The notes beneath the pieces are model-generated. The model made no database searches. It was given only the letters and a program-made list of their open reading frames with translations, and was not told the DNA's origin. From Schmidtea polychroa (taxonomy: Eukaryota): a stretch of 64,000 nucleotides of DNA. The DNA lies in the NCBI GenBank assembly GCA_044892525.1, contig CM097887.1, positions 55,614,001 through 55,678,000 of the forward strand, in the 5' to 3' direction. A program made the translations under genes and the position numbers. Positions 34,600 to 47,769 of the stretch are shown piece by piece. Each line of letters begins with the position of its first letter. Position 1 is the first letter of the stretch.

Positions 34600-37015
34600 A
34601 TCTTTGACAGGCTGTCAAGATACGGCTTTTTCCCATATTTTCTTTTTCTGGAATTTGAAATTCCACCTTTATTTGTACTTCTTAATTAACAATCACTTTT
34701 GTTTTTATTTCTTGTTTGTTTTCTTTTATTTGATTTATCTTTCTCATTTTAAATTTCTTTTTACTTCCGTTTTCTTTTCTGAGTTCCCATAGATCGTCCC
34801 GTTTGTCATGACGATCTTCCCCAGGTAATTTATTTATTTATTCTGCTATTTATCATTTATGTATCCTCAACAGTAAATAAACCCATGGCTTACCATATTC
34901 AATAAATTCCCATTGCAACCACATAGCTTTGATTTGACCACTGTGTACTAGCTTCTAGGTAACACTAGTAATCTGATTCAATCGGTTGATCTTCTGAAAC
35001 AGACGAGTTCCACCACCAGAAAGGTTAATGCTTTGACAAACCAGGATTCATGAACTGTAACAGAATGTTCATGTTCCCAAATACAGCCATTTGTTACATA
35101 TCTAAAAAAGATTGCAAGAAAATTATAACACTATAAACCAATAATATTTACCTAAAACTAGATGATCTTCTATTTTATTTGACTGAGGCAAATAAACATG
35201 AATAGGTATCGATCGAAGTTGACTTAAAAATCATTAAAAAATACATCAAATAATTTATTAAAAAGAGCATGAAGACTAAAAATCAGTAATATATCAAAAA
35301 AATCGATATATTACTGATTTAAGGTCTTCAAGCTCTTTTTAATAAATTCTTTTGGGCTAGAACTTAATTCTAAACCCAAAATCTTGCAAATGTGACGAAA
35401 TGTGGTGGTACATAACACGCACACCTAGCATTAAGTTTATTCAAATAAACTATATACAACACTAATAAACAACGATAATAATGAGTAAAAAATAACAGAA
35501 AATAAAGACATCTAAATTAAGAAATAAAACGAAACAAATTCAAAAAGTATCACATGAAAATTGACTCAAACATAACAATAAAGCACAAAAGTACAAAAAT
35601 GAACTCGAACGAAGTCAAAAACTGTATGAAATCTAAAATTCTGAACAAAACCCAGAACAATCCTTAAAAATGGCGGAATCCATCATGGCTGCCATTCAAT
35701 ACAATAAAAGTTATCCAAAATAAATAATTTAGTTTTAAAAATAAAAGTCCTAAAAAAATCCACAAAATACGATTCTAAAATAAAAATAAATTAGATATGG
35801 AATGTTCTGGAAAGGCCCGAATCCACCATGGAGGCAAAATTAACAAAAAATAATTCAAAAATAATATTTTAAAAATAAAAACAAAAATTATGGCACAAAA
35901 ATTGCCATTAAACTCGTTAAAAATCAAAAATAGAATGTTCTAGAATTAAGAAGAATTCGAGTTTGTTTTACTGCATCAATACACACACACGTACTCTAAC
36001 ACATAAAATAGGTATATATACTGCCACATTCTCGACATAAGTCACTCTTTTATGCCAAAAATTTTGTAATACTGATTTCAAGCTTAAGTACTAAGGAATT
36101 ACTCGATTATTATTTTATATTAGTTGTATTTTGATCATGATATGATCTTATCAATTATAATTTTTTAACAATGAAATTTTTATTTCTCTGATTTTATGAT
36201 GCAAGAGTGATTAAAATCGCTACGATTCGGAATTTATCGACTATTTTAACCAGTCTTGCATAAAACTTTATCGCAATTTTGTCATTGATGGGTACACAAC
36301 CCCAATGATCGCAGGTCACTGCCTGGCATGCAACTATCTATATTTATATGAATTAGGGTCGTCGGTGGTCGTACTGACTCGGTGGTATAAGCCGCTAGGT
36401 TCGTCGATAAATATCCTCTGGTACGGCGGAGTTCTCGGAATTCGTTATGGTAGTATTTATATCTTGGTAGTATATTACCTACTCACATAACACTAGGGCT
36501 TGTCGTAGTGAGCACAGTGCGGCCAGGAAAACAATCAACTTTCAGTAAATGACTATTTGTTTCACGGACCGGAATGGGAGAGAGCGATTGAAGTGACTCC
36601 GGATGGCCGAACAGGATTGTCAAGGATTGTCACAACCCAACCCAACTCAAGAACAATAATGTGATGATATAATTAGAGTGTCAATAAAATTGTTGTAATT
36701 TTCTACAAGTACGTTACATGTTATATATTTACATGCTATATTTGACGGGCTGTCAAGATACGGCTTTTTCCCATATTTTGTTTTTCTGGAATTTGAAAGT
36801 CCACCTTCATTTGTACTTCTTAATTCACATTGACTTTTGTTTTAATTTCTTGTTTGTTTTCTTTTATTTGATTTATCTTTCTCATTTTTTATTTCTTTTT
36901 ATTTCCGTTTTCTTTTCTGAGTTCCTATAGATCGTTCCGTTTGTCATGACGATCTTCCACCATGTAATTTATTAATGCTATTATTGTTATGCTATTTATC
37001 ATTTAGGTATCCTCA
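34600..37015. repeat. ~270-bp direct repeat (34600-34870 and 36735-37015)
   Basis: TTTGAC.GGCTGTCAAGATACGGCTTTTTCCCATATTTT...GTTTGTCATGACGATCTTCC occurs twice. Confidence 0.8.
35352..36540 (-). repeat. Diverged inverted copy of the 42.1-43.3 kb LTR-like repeat
   Basis: GGGCTAGAAC end, CAGTATATATACCTATTTT and CTACGACAAGCCCTA are shared in reverse complement. Confidence 0.7.
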
Positions 37016-37279
37016 ACAATACTATCAAGAGCTTCAAGCATTATTATTAGTGCAACCACCGACACACCCGTGACAGGGATTGAATGCCAAGTGAAAGGTG
37101 AGTCCTTTAAACGAGGGGATATGTCAAATCTTGCATTGGGCAAAGGATTCAATCGAACAAAGATGATGATACAAGATTGCGAGATAGAGTTGGTTTGTAG
37201 TTTGAGAGATAAGAAAAAGAGCTCAAAACCAGGACAGAGAAAAAGAATGCGGCCATTATCTTGACAGCCTTGAGAGGAA

Positions 37280-37450
37280 TGTTTGATGATGGAGGTAGGC
37301 CGATTTCATCATATGTGTCCTAAACAAATATTATAGGACAGGGAAAAGAAGCTACTGTGGAAATGTAAACGTTGAAGAGCGGCAATAATCCTACAAAGAT
37401 CAAATTCAATCCAAAACGTTCTGTAATTTTGATGACACTTTCTAGACAAT
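37280..37450 (+). repeat. 5' fragment of the TGTT(A/T)GATGATG LTR family
   Basis: TGTTTGATGATGGAGGTAGGCC... matches the LTR starts at 50309 and 57483. Confidence 0.75.
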
Positions 37451-37868
37451 AACTATCTGGTGGGTTACAGGTGGTTGAATGTTTAAGTGCTGTTACCAGC
37501 GTAACCCAGAATACAACCTTGTTTTCCTCTTGGTACCCGTTGAGCAATCAACGTTGGTACTGTACCAAGGGGTTGAGTACTCGCAAAAAGTGAGCGCGTT
37601 AAGAGCACTATAATTGTCGAGCACTCTATGGGTTCACGGACGCCGATAGAAGGCACGTGTCCGATTTATTTCGGTCCCTCATCGAGATTGTTTTCCCCAA
37701 ACGCTTTTCTGCCAACCATCTTGTTTTAGACAACCGCAAAGTTCAATCACATACTCATTAGATAACAAGAATCATTTATTAAGCCACTACTATATTACAA
37801 GGTTTGTTTAGTCAGGAGGGTCGCACTCTCAAACGTCTCTCAGGGTCGTGGATTGGCTTCAGTCTCTT

Positions 37869-38306
37869 TCAATTTCTCCTGCTCGGCCAGCCAGGCCTTT
37901 TCAATTTGTCGCGGGTATTCCGCCCTAGCCGTTTACGTTTCGGCTTGCTTGCCTGGGCTGGTGGGTATATCTTGGCCAGCTCCACGGGAAGTGGGCGAAT
38001 CTGCTCGCAAAGAGTGTCCTGGATGAACCTTTCGTTCAGTTTGCTCTCGAGCGAGCGCACTTGTATCTTCAGTGCTCGGATTTCGAGTTGGTCCTGCTCC
38101 GCCTGGGTCTGGAGTTGCGAGATGTGAGTTGTCCGTTTCTTCATCTCAGCTGGACTGAACCAAGTACCTTCGAGCTCCCGGCACTTGACCTTGAGCTTCT
38201 CGACCCTACTTCGAAAGTCTTCGGCTTGTTGCTGGGCCCGTTCGCGGTCCTTACGTAGGTTTTCGAGCAACTGGTACACTGAATGGAAACAATAATAAAA
38301 TTCCAT
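37869..38306 (-). CDS. Short-form WFSP coiled-coil ORF (ORF-B); 3' end frameshifted relative to the 61 kb copy
   Basis: CRELEGTWFSPAEMKKR; KPKRKRLGRN; closely similar to 61283-61792. Confidence 0.75.
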   Translation of the reverse strand: MEFYYCFHSVYQLLENLRKDRERAQQQAEDFRSRVEKLKVKCRELEGTWFSPAEMKKRTTHISQLQTQAEQDQLEIRALKIQVRSLESKLNERFIQDTLCEQIRPLPVELAKIYPPAQASKPKRKRLGRNTRDKLKRPGWPSRRN

Positions 38307-38604
38307 CGCTCGCTGTCATGTGCGTAAAGGTGATTTGCTTGGTGGTGTAAGATTTATAGCTGAAGGATGAGGAAGGTCCCCCCGACCCTGAAGACACCCC
38401 ATAAACTATAAGGCTCAAATACGATCACAGAGAAAAATAATTTATTATATGAGGAAGACACATGACCAAATATGATATTAATAATTTTAATAAAGTAAAA
38501 ATTCTACAAATTGTCGCATCAGCTACTAAAGAAGTCAAACACAATCACAATAACATTATGTCAGATTGATCACATGGTTTGTTCAAACCACCCCTGCCGT
38601 CGGA

Positions 38605-38973
38605 TTAGGCAGGGTTCTTCCGGGGCCTCCCTCGTTTCCTCGGAGGTGCCTCGGCCTCTTCTAACTCTTCCAGGGACACCCCTTCCCTTTCGGCTCTGAT
38701 CTGTAGGTCTAACTTCTTGAGCCGGGTCTGAGCGGCATCCACATCCCAGGCCGCCTGATCCCGGGCCTCCTGCAACCGGTTATTCTCCGGTTCCACCTTC
38801 ACCCATGCCGGGGCATCTGCTTCGGGGCCTCGTCGGATCACTCTATCCGCGCAGTCCAGGTCCCGCCCCTGACACCATCGATGAATATGGTACCAAATGT
38901 ACCGAGTGCGGAGACGGGTGATCGTCCATCGCTCGTCCTCTTCGATGTTGTTGATATCATTTGGTGGTGCCAT
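38605..38973 (-). CDS. ORF-A, 122 aa, C-terminal AT-hook/NLS-like PRKRGRPRKNPA
   Basis: Intact ATG-to-stop ORF; homolog at 62034-62398 (TRLRTRYIWY.IH.W..G.DLD....IR.GPE.DAPAWVKVEP.NN). Confidence 0.75.
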   Translation of the reverse strand: MAPPNDINNIEEDERWTITRLRTRYIWYHIHRWCQGRDLDCADRVIRRGPEADAPAWVKVEPENNRLQEARDQAAWDVDAAQTRLKKLDLQIRAEREGVSLEELEEAEAPPRKRGRPRKNPA

Positions 38974-39699
38974 GCCTGGAAGTTAACCGTTAAAACCCGT
39001 TTAACCAACGTAACTTACAAATGGTCGTCATGATAAAATATATCGAAATAAATAGCATATCAATGATCAAGTTTACTACAATTGTTATAACTACTTTTAT
39101 CAAAAAAAAATTTGTCTATATATTTTATCAATGTGATTTTTAACTACTTAGATTTAAACAGGATCTTATCCAAATTAAGCATTAATAATTATCATCATTA
39201 CTCTGGTTTGTGGCTTTTTATTTTCGTTGTTTTATCGCGGTAATCGTTATTAAGGTTACGCAATAATTTCCAAATACTATAATGTTAGTCGGCATGGATA
39301 TGATAACGGAAAGAAATTCAGGTATCTAATATTTATATTCTAAAAATTTTCATCGTAGTTTGTTAATATTAGTAGTTGGCCCAGATCTCGATCAGTCACT
39401 ATCGACCGACAATATAATATGGTTCTTCACAAGAGCAAAGAGAGCTTGACGATGCCAAGGAGAAAATTTGGCGATTGCCTCGACCATTGAGTCTATATTA
39501 ATTTATAAAGAAACCCAGTGATTCAGATTAATGAACTCCATTTGGAGTTTTGTGGTTCGATTTGATTCTAAGCTAAAGTAAACCTTCAATTTAAAGATAA
39601 AGTAAATCTTCCTGGTAAAGTAATAATCTTATTTTCACGAGAATGCTTTGATCACGCTAATTTTAAATTTCCGGGAAATTCCCAAATCGATGTCAGATC

Positions 39700-39930
39700 G
39701 ATAAATAATGTTGGTAATGATAATAATATTAACCACAACAGCGATAACAACAAGAATAATAATATCAATAATCATATTAATAACAATGTCAATAATAATG
39801 CTAATCATGACAATAACAATGACAATGCTAATCATATTGGAAATAACAGCAATCATGGCAATAATAGTAATGATGATGATAATTTTAACGATAATAATAG
39901 TGATGATAGGGTTAATAACAATAATGGCAT
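39700..39930. repeat. Imperfect (AAT/GAT/CAT)n microsatellite
   Basis: Run of ATA/ATG/ACA triplets. Confidence 0.85.
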
Positions 39931-39971
39931 AATTTTCTATTTTTCAATTCGGGGTTCCTATTTCCTAATTT

Positions 39972-42900
39972 TTGTGCTGAGTCGAAACATCACTGTCGAC
40001 CGATAAATAAAGTATATGGAGCCATAGCGGAGGGGTTTTATCGACACAACTCCATGGTAGAACCATGAAGTGGCCGACCTCCGATGACCGAACAAAAAAA
40101 ATATATAAGAGATATTGCCTGTCTGCATGTGAAATCGTTATTTGAAAATCAATACTAAATGCAGGACTAAATAGAGACGCACTAAGATGCCGCTGATTAG
40201 TCGAAAAAATATATATAAAAACAAATTAGGTCTTGAGAGTGTTAAAATCGATTAAAATCATTAAAATAATTTGCATTAATGAATCATATACAAAACATAA
40301 AAATATTATTATCAATAATGAAAATGATGAACATCACTCAAAAAAGAAAAACTACTTACTGTTAGTTTTCTTGACAAAATATTTGTTCACAAAATATTGG
40401 CATAAAAAGTGATTCTTGTGACTGAAACGTGTCAGTATATATACCTATTTTGTACACGTGTATGTATTGATGCATTAAAACAAACTCGAATTCTTTTTAT
40501 TCCAGAATTTTCTATTTCGCGATTTGATATTTTTAATGGCAATTTTTTGTGCCATAATTTTTGTTTTTATTTTTAAATTTCAAATTTTTAATTATTTTTC
40601 ATTAATTTTACGTCCATGATGGATTTGGAACGGTTCCAGAACATTCTATATCACTTTTAATTTAATTTTTATTTTAATTGATGTTTTATGAATTTCTTTT
40701 TAAGAATTTTTATTTTTATTACTAATTTATTTATTTTTCTAACTTTTATTGTTTAAGGTAGCTTTTATGATGGTCATCGCCATTTTTATGGAATGTTCTG
40801 GGTTTTTCTGGAATCTTTTACTGTTTTTACCATCTTTTAAGTTATTCGAGTTTGTTTTTTGTAACTCTATGTTTATTTGGTTATTTTTGAGCTAGATTTT
40901 GCATAACTTCTTGCTCTTGTATAATTTTATTTAATTTTTGTGTTTATGCTTTTGTTATTTTCTCCTTTAATTAATATTGTTTATTTGGTGTATTTTTACT
41001 ATTTAACTATACTTGGTGCTTTTTTTTCTTGCTGTGTACCTACACATTTCAGTCACAATTAGTATTTTGGGTCTAAAATTCAGTTCTAGCCCAACAAGCA
41101 TAAGTAAAATCATAGAATCAGAGTTTATACTTCGGAATTTACAGAAAATATAACTTAAATATTTCGAGATTATATACCCAGTTGAAATATCAAACTGAAG
41201 TTATACTTTGGGTATTCAGCCAGATTATAGTTCATACTCAAATACAGATTTAAGGAGATGTATAATACTACATTACAAATTATCGATGGAGGGGATAGAA
41301 GTTATCATTATACCCTTTGACACTCGTGAATTATATTTTCATATAAAAACTCTAGTTTCCAATTTAGATGGCTGTGTATTTCGGTAGTTTATAAGATCCT
41401 ATTGTATATTTCTACATTATATTTTAAAACTGGATTTCGTAATTTACTAAAGTTGTATTTTATCAATTGATACTATTATATAAAATACTTTATACTTTTA
41501 ACGGGGATGTAAAGCCATATTTCTAATTCAATATTAGTAGAGTATAATATAACCTAAAATTATATTTATTCTTTAGCATCATAGTATCTTCATACATTAT
41601 ATTTTAAATAGACATAATGTTATATTTCATAATGTGAGATTTATAGATTATATTTTTAAATACAGTATGAAATTACATGGTTAATAATTATAAATTATAC
41701 TTCTAAGCAAAGTTATTTTCGTAATTTATGAACATTTAGCATTTTTAAATTACATTTTCAAACCCATTAATAAGCCATATTTCATGAATGAAGGGTAATA
41801 CCTATTTATAGGTTATAACTTCGACTACTAATTTGAGCCATAGATTTAGAGAATAATTAAGTACTTTCATTTCATTATTTACGCTTGTCGAACTTCTTTA
41901 CGAGGATTTTTACGTTTACTTCAGAAAAAAAAATTTTAAAATGATATATCTCAATGAAGTTTGACAAACGTATAGACATAATCGAGCTTTTCCATGATGT
42001 TCAACCGACTACATGTGTTTAGTTTGGATCTGAGTTCTACTAAATTATGACCTTAGTGTAAAACTATTGTATAAGATTTTTAATGTTGAGTTTAATTATG
42101 TTCTGCATTCAACTCGGGAAGAATGCTTGCTTACACGGCCCCACTGTGACCGCTACGACAAGCCCTACTGTTGTGTTGAGTCGAAACATCACTGTCGACC
42201 GATAAATAAAGTATATGGAGCCATAGCGGAGGGGTTTTATCGACACAACTCCATGGTAGAACCATGAAGTGGCCGACCTCCGATGACCGAACAAAAAAAA
42301 TATATAAGAGATATTGCCTGTCTGCATGTGAAATCGTTATTTGAAAATCAATACTAAATGCAGGACTAAATAGAGACGCACTAAGACGCCGCTGATTAGT
42401 CGAAAAAATATATATAAAAACAAATTAGGTCTTGAGAGTGTTAAAATCGATTAAAATCATTGACATTAAAATAATTTGCATTAATGAATCAGATATAAAA
42501 CGTAAAAATATTATTATCAATAATGAAAACGATGAATATCACTCAAAAAAGAAAAACTACTTACTGTTAGTTTTCTTGACAAAATTTTTGTTCACAAAAT
42601 ATTGGCATAAAAAGTGATTCTTGTGACTGAAACGTGTCAGTATATATACCTATTTTGTACACGTGTATGTATTGATGCATTAAAACAAACTCGAATTCTT
42701 TTTATTCCAGAATTTTCTATTTCGTGATTTTGATATTTTTAATGGCAATTTTTGTGCCATAATTTTTGTTTTTATTTTTAAATTTTTAATTTTTAATTAT
42801 TTTTCATTAATTTTACGTCCATGATGGATTTGGAATGGTTTCAGAACATTCTATATTACTTTTAATTTAATTTTTATTTTAATTGATGTTTTATGAATTT

Positions 42901-43303
42901 CTTTTTAAGATTTTTTTTATTTTTATTACTAATTTATTTATTTTTTCCTAAATTTTATTGTTTAAGGTAGCTTTTATGATGGTCATCGCCATTTTTATGG
43001 AATGTTCTGGGTTTTTCTGGAATCTTTTACTGTTTTTACCATCTTTTAAGTTATTCGAGTTTGTTTTTTGTAACTCTATGTTTATTTGGTTATTTTTGAG
43101 TTAGATTTTGCATAACTTCTTGCTTTTGTATAATTTTATTTAATTTCTGTGTTTATTCTTTGTTACTTTCTCCTTTAATTAATATTGTTTATTTGGTGTA
43201 AGTTTTAATATTTAACTATACTTGGTGCTTTTTTTACTTGCTGTGTACCTACACATTTCAGTCACAATTAGTATTTTGGGTCTAAAAATCAGTTCTAGCC
43301 CAA
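39972..43303 (+). repeat. Two ~1.1-kb direct repeats (39972-41096 and ~42170-43303) ending in CCCAACA; LTR-like
   Basis: High identity by eye and an LTR-like CA end, but no PBS after the first copy and no PPT before the second. Confidence 0.8.
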
Positions 43304-43769
43304 CATATCATATTTGTCAGTATTGTTTGTTAGCCAAGGAAATTCTGGTATTAGTTGGATTCATTTAGAATCAAGATTTCAAATGCAACGTTTTTATTAT
43401 TTAATCACACTCGCATTTAAACAAATCGAATCATAATTCTTTTGAGAAGTTTCTATAAAAATAATTAATGCATAAGTAAGGATTTCAATATACAGGCAAC
43501 ATACAATAATAATTTATTTATATGTTATAACACCTCACAGTGTTTACTCTCAATAATAATATTTTTAATGTCTTTATCATTTATGTAAATAAGATTTTAA
43601 TCTATTATTTGTAGTGCAAACTTTATTTTATGTAAATAACATTTTTATTTTGTGTTGACTTGTATTTTTGGGATACATATAAATAAATATATAAAAGTGA
43701 TGGGGATAATAATAATAGTGATAAATTATTTTTTATTGTAGTATCAAATGAAATCAACAAGGAATATTC

Positions 43770-44420
43770 TAAAGCCGTGTTTTTCCAGTACCGATAAGAA
43801 CGCGCAAAACATCTTTCTTCATGATGAAAATAGACTATTGCGCACCAAGATTGATAGACTTGAGAGGACATGGTTTTCCCCGGCCAAATGAAAGAAACTT
43901 ACCAGAAGGTGTTCCGACTTGAAAACTGTCGGGACAACCTTATTGAAGAAACCCGGGTTCAGCGCGCTTTGATAGAAATGCAAGTCTACACATAGCATGA
44001 GCTCGAGGCGCATCTCCACAACCTCTTTTTCGCGGTCAAGACGAATCTTTGACCTGCCTATCATCTGGCAGAAGGCACAGTGTTTCCCGATCCTCATCCT
44101 GTACATTGTTTAAAACTTCAGCATCAAGTGCTGTTCCAAAGTCGATTATGATAGATCTTTGCCCCACTAGCCCTCTGGCCAAGATCGTGCCACTGCAGCA
44201 TAAGCGAAAACAAATATCGCGCTCAGAAAGGAATGCAAGAAAGCGGGCGAAACAGGCTATTGCACTTAACTTCCTGTGCAATGACATCAACCCGCCGTAA
44301 TTGGATGGACAGACCTCGAGTTTGGATTTCGCATTGTCACTAGGTTCGAACAGTGTGTTCAACCTAGATCAGCTGTTGGCCGATGCTGAACGAGAAACAT
44401 TTCGAAACCATGCGCAGCAA
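43770..44420 (+). pseudogene. Decayed long-form WFSP ORF, followed by AATAAA and the conserved motif (44509-44593)
   Basis: KPCFSSTDKN...KIDRLERTWFSPA (frameshift) QMKET ... VFNLDQLLADAE. Confidence 0.7.
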
Positions 44421-44892
44421 TGACTCTCGCACCGACGACTCACCCAAACTCAGGAAAATAACGATACATGAAAGTACGAGGACCTTGATTTTGAAACAAT
44501 AAATGTCGATGTAAGATTTCTGATCGGCACTCTCGAACCCATTTCGAGAGTCAAATGAGGAGTAGTCTTAACACAGAGGCTCACCTGTGCTTTAGCTCTC
44601 GACGACTTTGTACATCTCCAACATGGCCGTAACTATGGGTACCTAGTCGGTTTGAAATAATTAAATTGCGGTTTACGGAAGCTCTTTATCATTCTGTGAA
44701 CACACCTAGCTTTTTCATTTCTTCTTCCCGTAAACGCCAACAAACGGGAAAATACTTTCCGATCAATTTCACCAAATAAATGAACTCAAACTTAAAATTT
44801 CCATTATTATTTAATAAATACAAGTAAAAATTTAATAAAATTATATTAAATTTTATTTTATTGATTCATATTAAATTTGTAACAAAATCATT

Positions 44893-45333
44893 TTATTCAT
44901 ATGATAGCTTCTCCTCTTTTTTGAATACAATCAACAACGAAATCATTGAAATCATTTCAATGATATAAAACGATATTTGAAAAGAACTCAGAATTAATTC
45001 AATTCTTAATACATAAGTTTGCCACAAACATATAAAAACAAATATTATCAGACAAAGCCCAGTTAATATAAAAGAATGAATTACTAATTTTACATTTTCA
45101 TCCAAATTAGATCTAACTGAATGATATAAACGTCCAATTTCACAGAATAATAATGAAAATAGAATTAATAATTCCAATATATATGCTTCGGGATGATATC
45201 TTAAATTTCTTTGTTTGTAAACAAATATCAAAATTTCAACTGAAAAATATAACAAATTGTACCACATATGGTAACATAAAAGCAAATGCACAAATCTTGA
45301 ACTTTTAACATTTTCAAAATATGCGGATTTCAT
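44893..45333 (-). CDS. tmem216: TMEM216 / MKS2 ciliary transition-zone protein (TMEM17 family), single exon
   Basis: SSRFVHLLLCYHMWYN..YF.VEILIFVYK...L.Y...EIGRLY....NL...LWQTYVLRIE matches TMEM216 (SSTPLEILFFLNGWYN..YF..ELFIFLYK; EVIRLF..KGNL; LLQTYVLRLE); four hydrophobic segments. Confidence 0.9.
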   Translation of the reverse strand: MKSAYFENVKSSRFVHLLLCYHMWYNLLYFSVEILIFVYKQRNLRYHPEAYILELLILFSLLFCEIGRLYHSVRSNLDENVKLVIHSFILTGLCLIIFVFICLWQTYVLRIELILSSFQISFYIIEMISMISLLIVFKKEEKLSYE

Positions 45334-45397
45334 TTTAAAATTTTAACAAAATATTACATTGAAAATATAATTTTAAAATAAAGTACTACAATAAACC

Positions 45398-45411
45398 ATT
45401 GCCATAACAAT
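45398..45411 (-). promoter_or_regulatory. RFX/DAF-19 X-box-like element
   Basis: ATTGTTATGGCAAT fits RTHNYYWTRRNRAC at 13/14 positions and lies 65 bp upstream of the TMEM216 ATG. Confidence 0.55.
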
Positions 45412-47479
45412 TGTATATTAAAACAATAGCCGCAGTAGTTTTGATGTTTACTATTTAATTATGAAATTTATAATAAATTATCCACATGAATAACTGAGTT
45501 ATGGTATAAAAGATAATTTAAAATTTTATTTAGAAAACTTTATTTTGAATTAAGTTATTTATTAAATAAATTTGAGTCTTTAAAAAGATTAAATCAAGCT
45601 GGAATTTTGTTATGCTACCGAAAAAATTATTTGAATATAGGGAATGAGAATATTAGTAAATGTGGTAAAACGACTGAAAGATCAATGGAGAAATACATAG
45701 GAGCTTCTATAATAAGGTATAAAAGCGAATTTGGATTACAAAATAAAAATTCAAGAACGAATATCAAACGACTCGAACAAACCAATCAAAACAAGCATTC
45801 ACAACTTGAGGAGAGTATTAGGAATGATGCCATAAATGAAATAACCATTTTCCGTGATCGGATCGATCTGAAATTTTGATAGCATGCAGTGTTCTCGACA
45901 AAAAATCTACATGCCAAATTTCAACTCAATCCGATCACGGTAAGTAGGTTAATTTGGCCTCATAAAATTTGCGTGGCACATAAAACATTCAAACATTAGC
46001 AAAGTTGATATATAGAGAGTAATAAAAAAAATTCTTAAAAAATAAAAACAAATATAATAATCATAATTTTGCGCTGAAAACTAAATATTATGATTTTTTA
46101 AGTATTTTTTAGTTTTTCTTTTTGTAATGACACCTGAAAATACAGTGGAAGAGTCGGTAAAATACATAAACAATATAAGGTAAAAATAATAAAATACCAA
46201 AAATATAAAATAAAAATAACAAAATAAGGGCGAATAATAATAAAAAGAAACTAGGAGAAATTAAATAAAGATTAAAAAACGAGAAACAGAAAACATAGGA
46301 AAGAATCCATAAAAACCAAATAGTCAACAATTTATTATGAATCAAGTGAATATTAAAAGGAAAAATTAAAAATAAATGGATAAATTCCAAAAATAGAAGA
46401 AAAATAGAGATCAACAAACAAATAAACGATTTATCTAACAATAATGAACAGGAAAAAAAGAATTTAAAACAATCCAGAAACATTGAAACAAATAATTTTA
46501 AAATAGGTTACAATTGACCAATAAAACAAAGAAAATATTAAACCAAAAAAATAAATTAATAAAAATAGACTGGATCAATTATGATTGGTCAGAAGACCTG
46601 ATCCAAAAACTATATAAACCACTAGCTAAAACGACTATTCCACTATCATTTAAAAACTTTTGCAGGACTTCAACACTTCCTAGACTTCTACAGGAATTCA
46701 ACGTTAGTATTCAGCTCAAACAAATCAAATCGAAATCTAATTCATTTTTGCAAAATCAACCGCTCAATAGTCGAGGCATTCAATTTGTATTCATTTTATT
46801 ACCAGAAACTTTGTAAATCCGTAAATTTTATTATGCATATATAATTTTCATTTGAATGATATCAGTGTAATGTAAGCAATTAAATTTTAGTAAAATAAAG
46901 CCTTCCTTTTCAATCACTTATAATTTAATATTTAATATTTAATTTCTAAGTAACATTTTGTCGTAATGTTTAACATAGTATTTTCATTTTGATAAAATTG
47001 TTGGGTTTTGGATTATTTCAAGTCGGTTCTCTCTGACTCCTAGTGTTCTTTAAATCAAAACAATGAACGACCCAACGTATATTGAAACAACAGGTTCACA
47101 ATTAATTATCACGCTACAATTACTGATCAAAGTTTTATACGATTCTCCGCTAATTAATTAATTAACGTTTTCTGTTTTCATACATTTGAATGTTTTTTAC
47201 CCTTCCTAACCATTTTCTGATAAATCCCGAACCATCATCTTGTTGACCATTAGCTAATCTATACCTGTCCCGTTTTTCCCATTCGATTTCGATGATTTCT
47301 CTATTTATTGATTTTTCTCGGGTTCCCGGATTCTTGCCTTTTGTAATTGCTTTTGGCATTTTCTAATACTGTTTCCATCACACTTTCCTTTACTATTGAT
47401 TCTGTGCACGATCCCGCTTTTATTTGCCTTTTTTTCTTCGCTTACTTTCTATTTGAATTATTATCCTAAATTTTATTTA

Positions 47480-47706
47480 CCGTATATTTCGGCGTATAAG
47501 GCGACCGTCAGATAAGACGAGGTACAAAATTAGAGCAAATTTTTATGATTTATCATATATCGGTTGTAGAGGTATAAATACAACTAGTATAAATACAACT
47601 ACCTGTACTGTAATACTTTCTTTTATATCGGTTGTATAAGACGACCCACAATTTTCAAGGGTGATTTTTTGACTTTAAGGGTCGTCTTATACGCCGAAAT
47701 ATACGG
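47480..47706. mobile_element. pogo/Tigger-like (Tc1/mariner superfamily) MITE
   Basis: TIR CCGTATATTTCGGCGTATAAG(G/A)CGACC / GGTCGTCTTATACGCCGAAATATACGG, flanked by TA on both sides. Confidence 0.9.
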
Positions 47707-47769
47707 TAACTTTTTAATTTAAATTTACAGACCTCAACAAAATAAATTTGTATGTCATTTTGGAATTTT

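Noticed and set aside
39972-43303. TRIM/LARD non-autonomous LTR element
   Set aside because: No PBS after the first repeat, no PPT before the second, and no TSD found.
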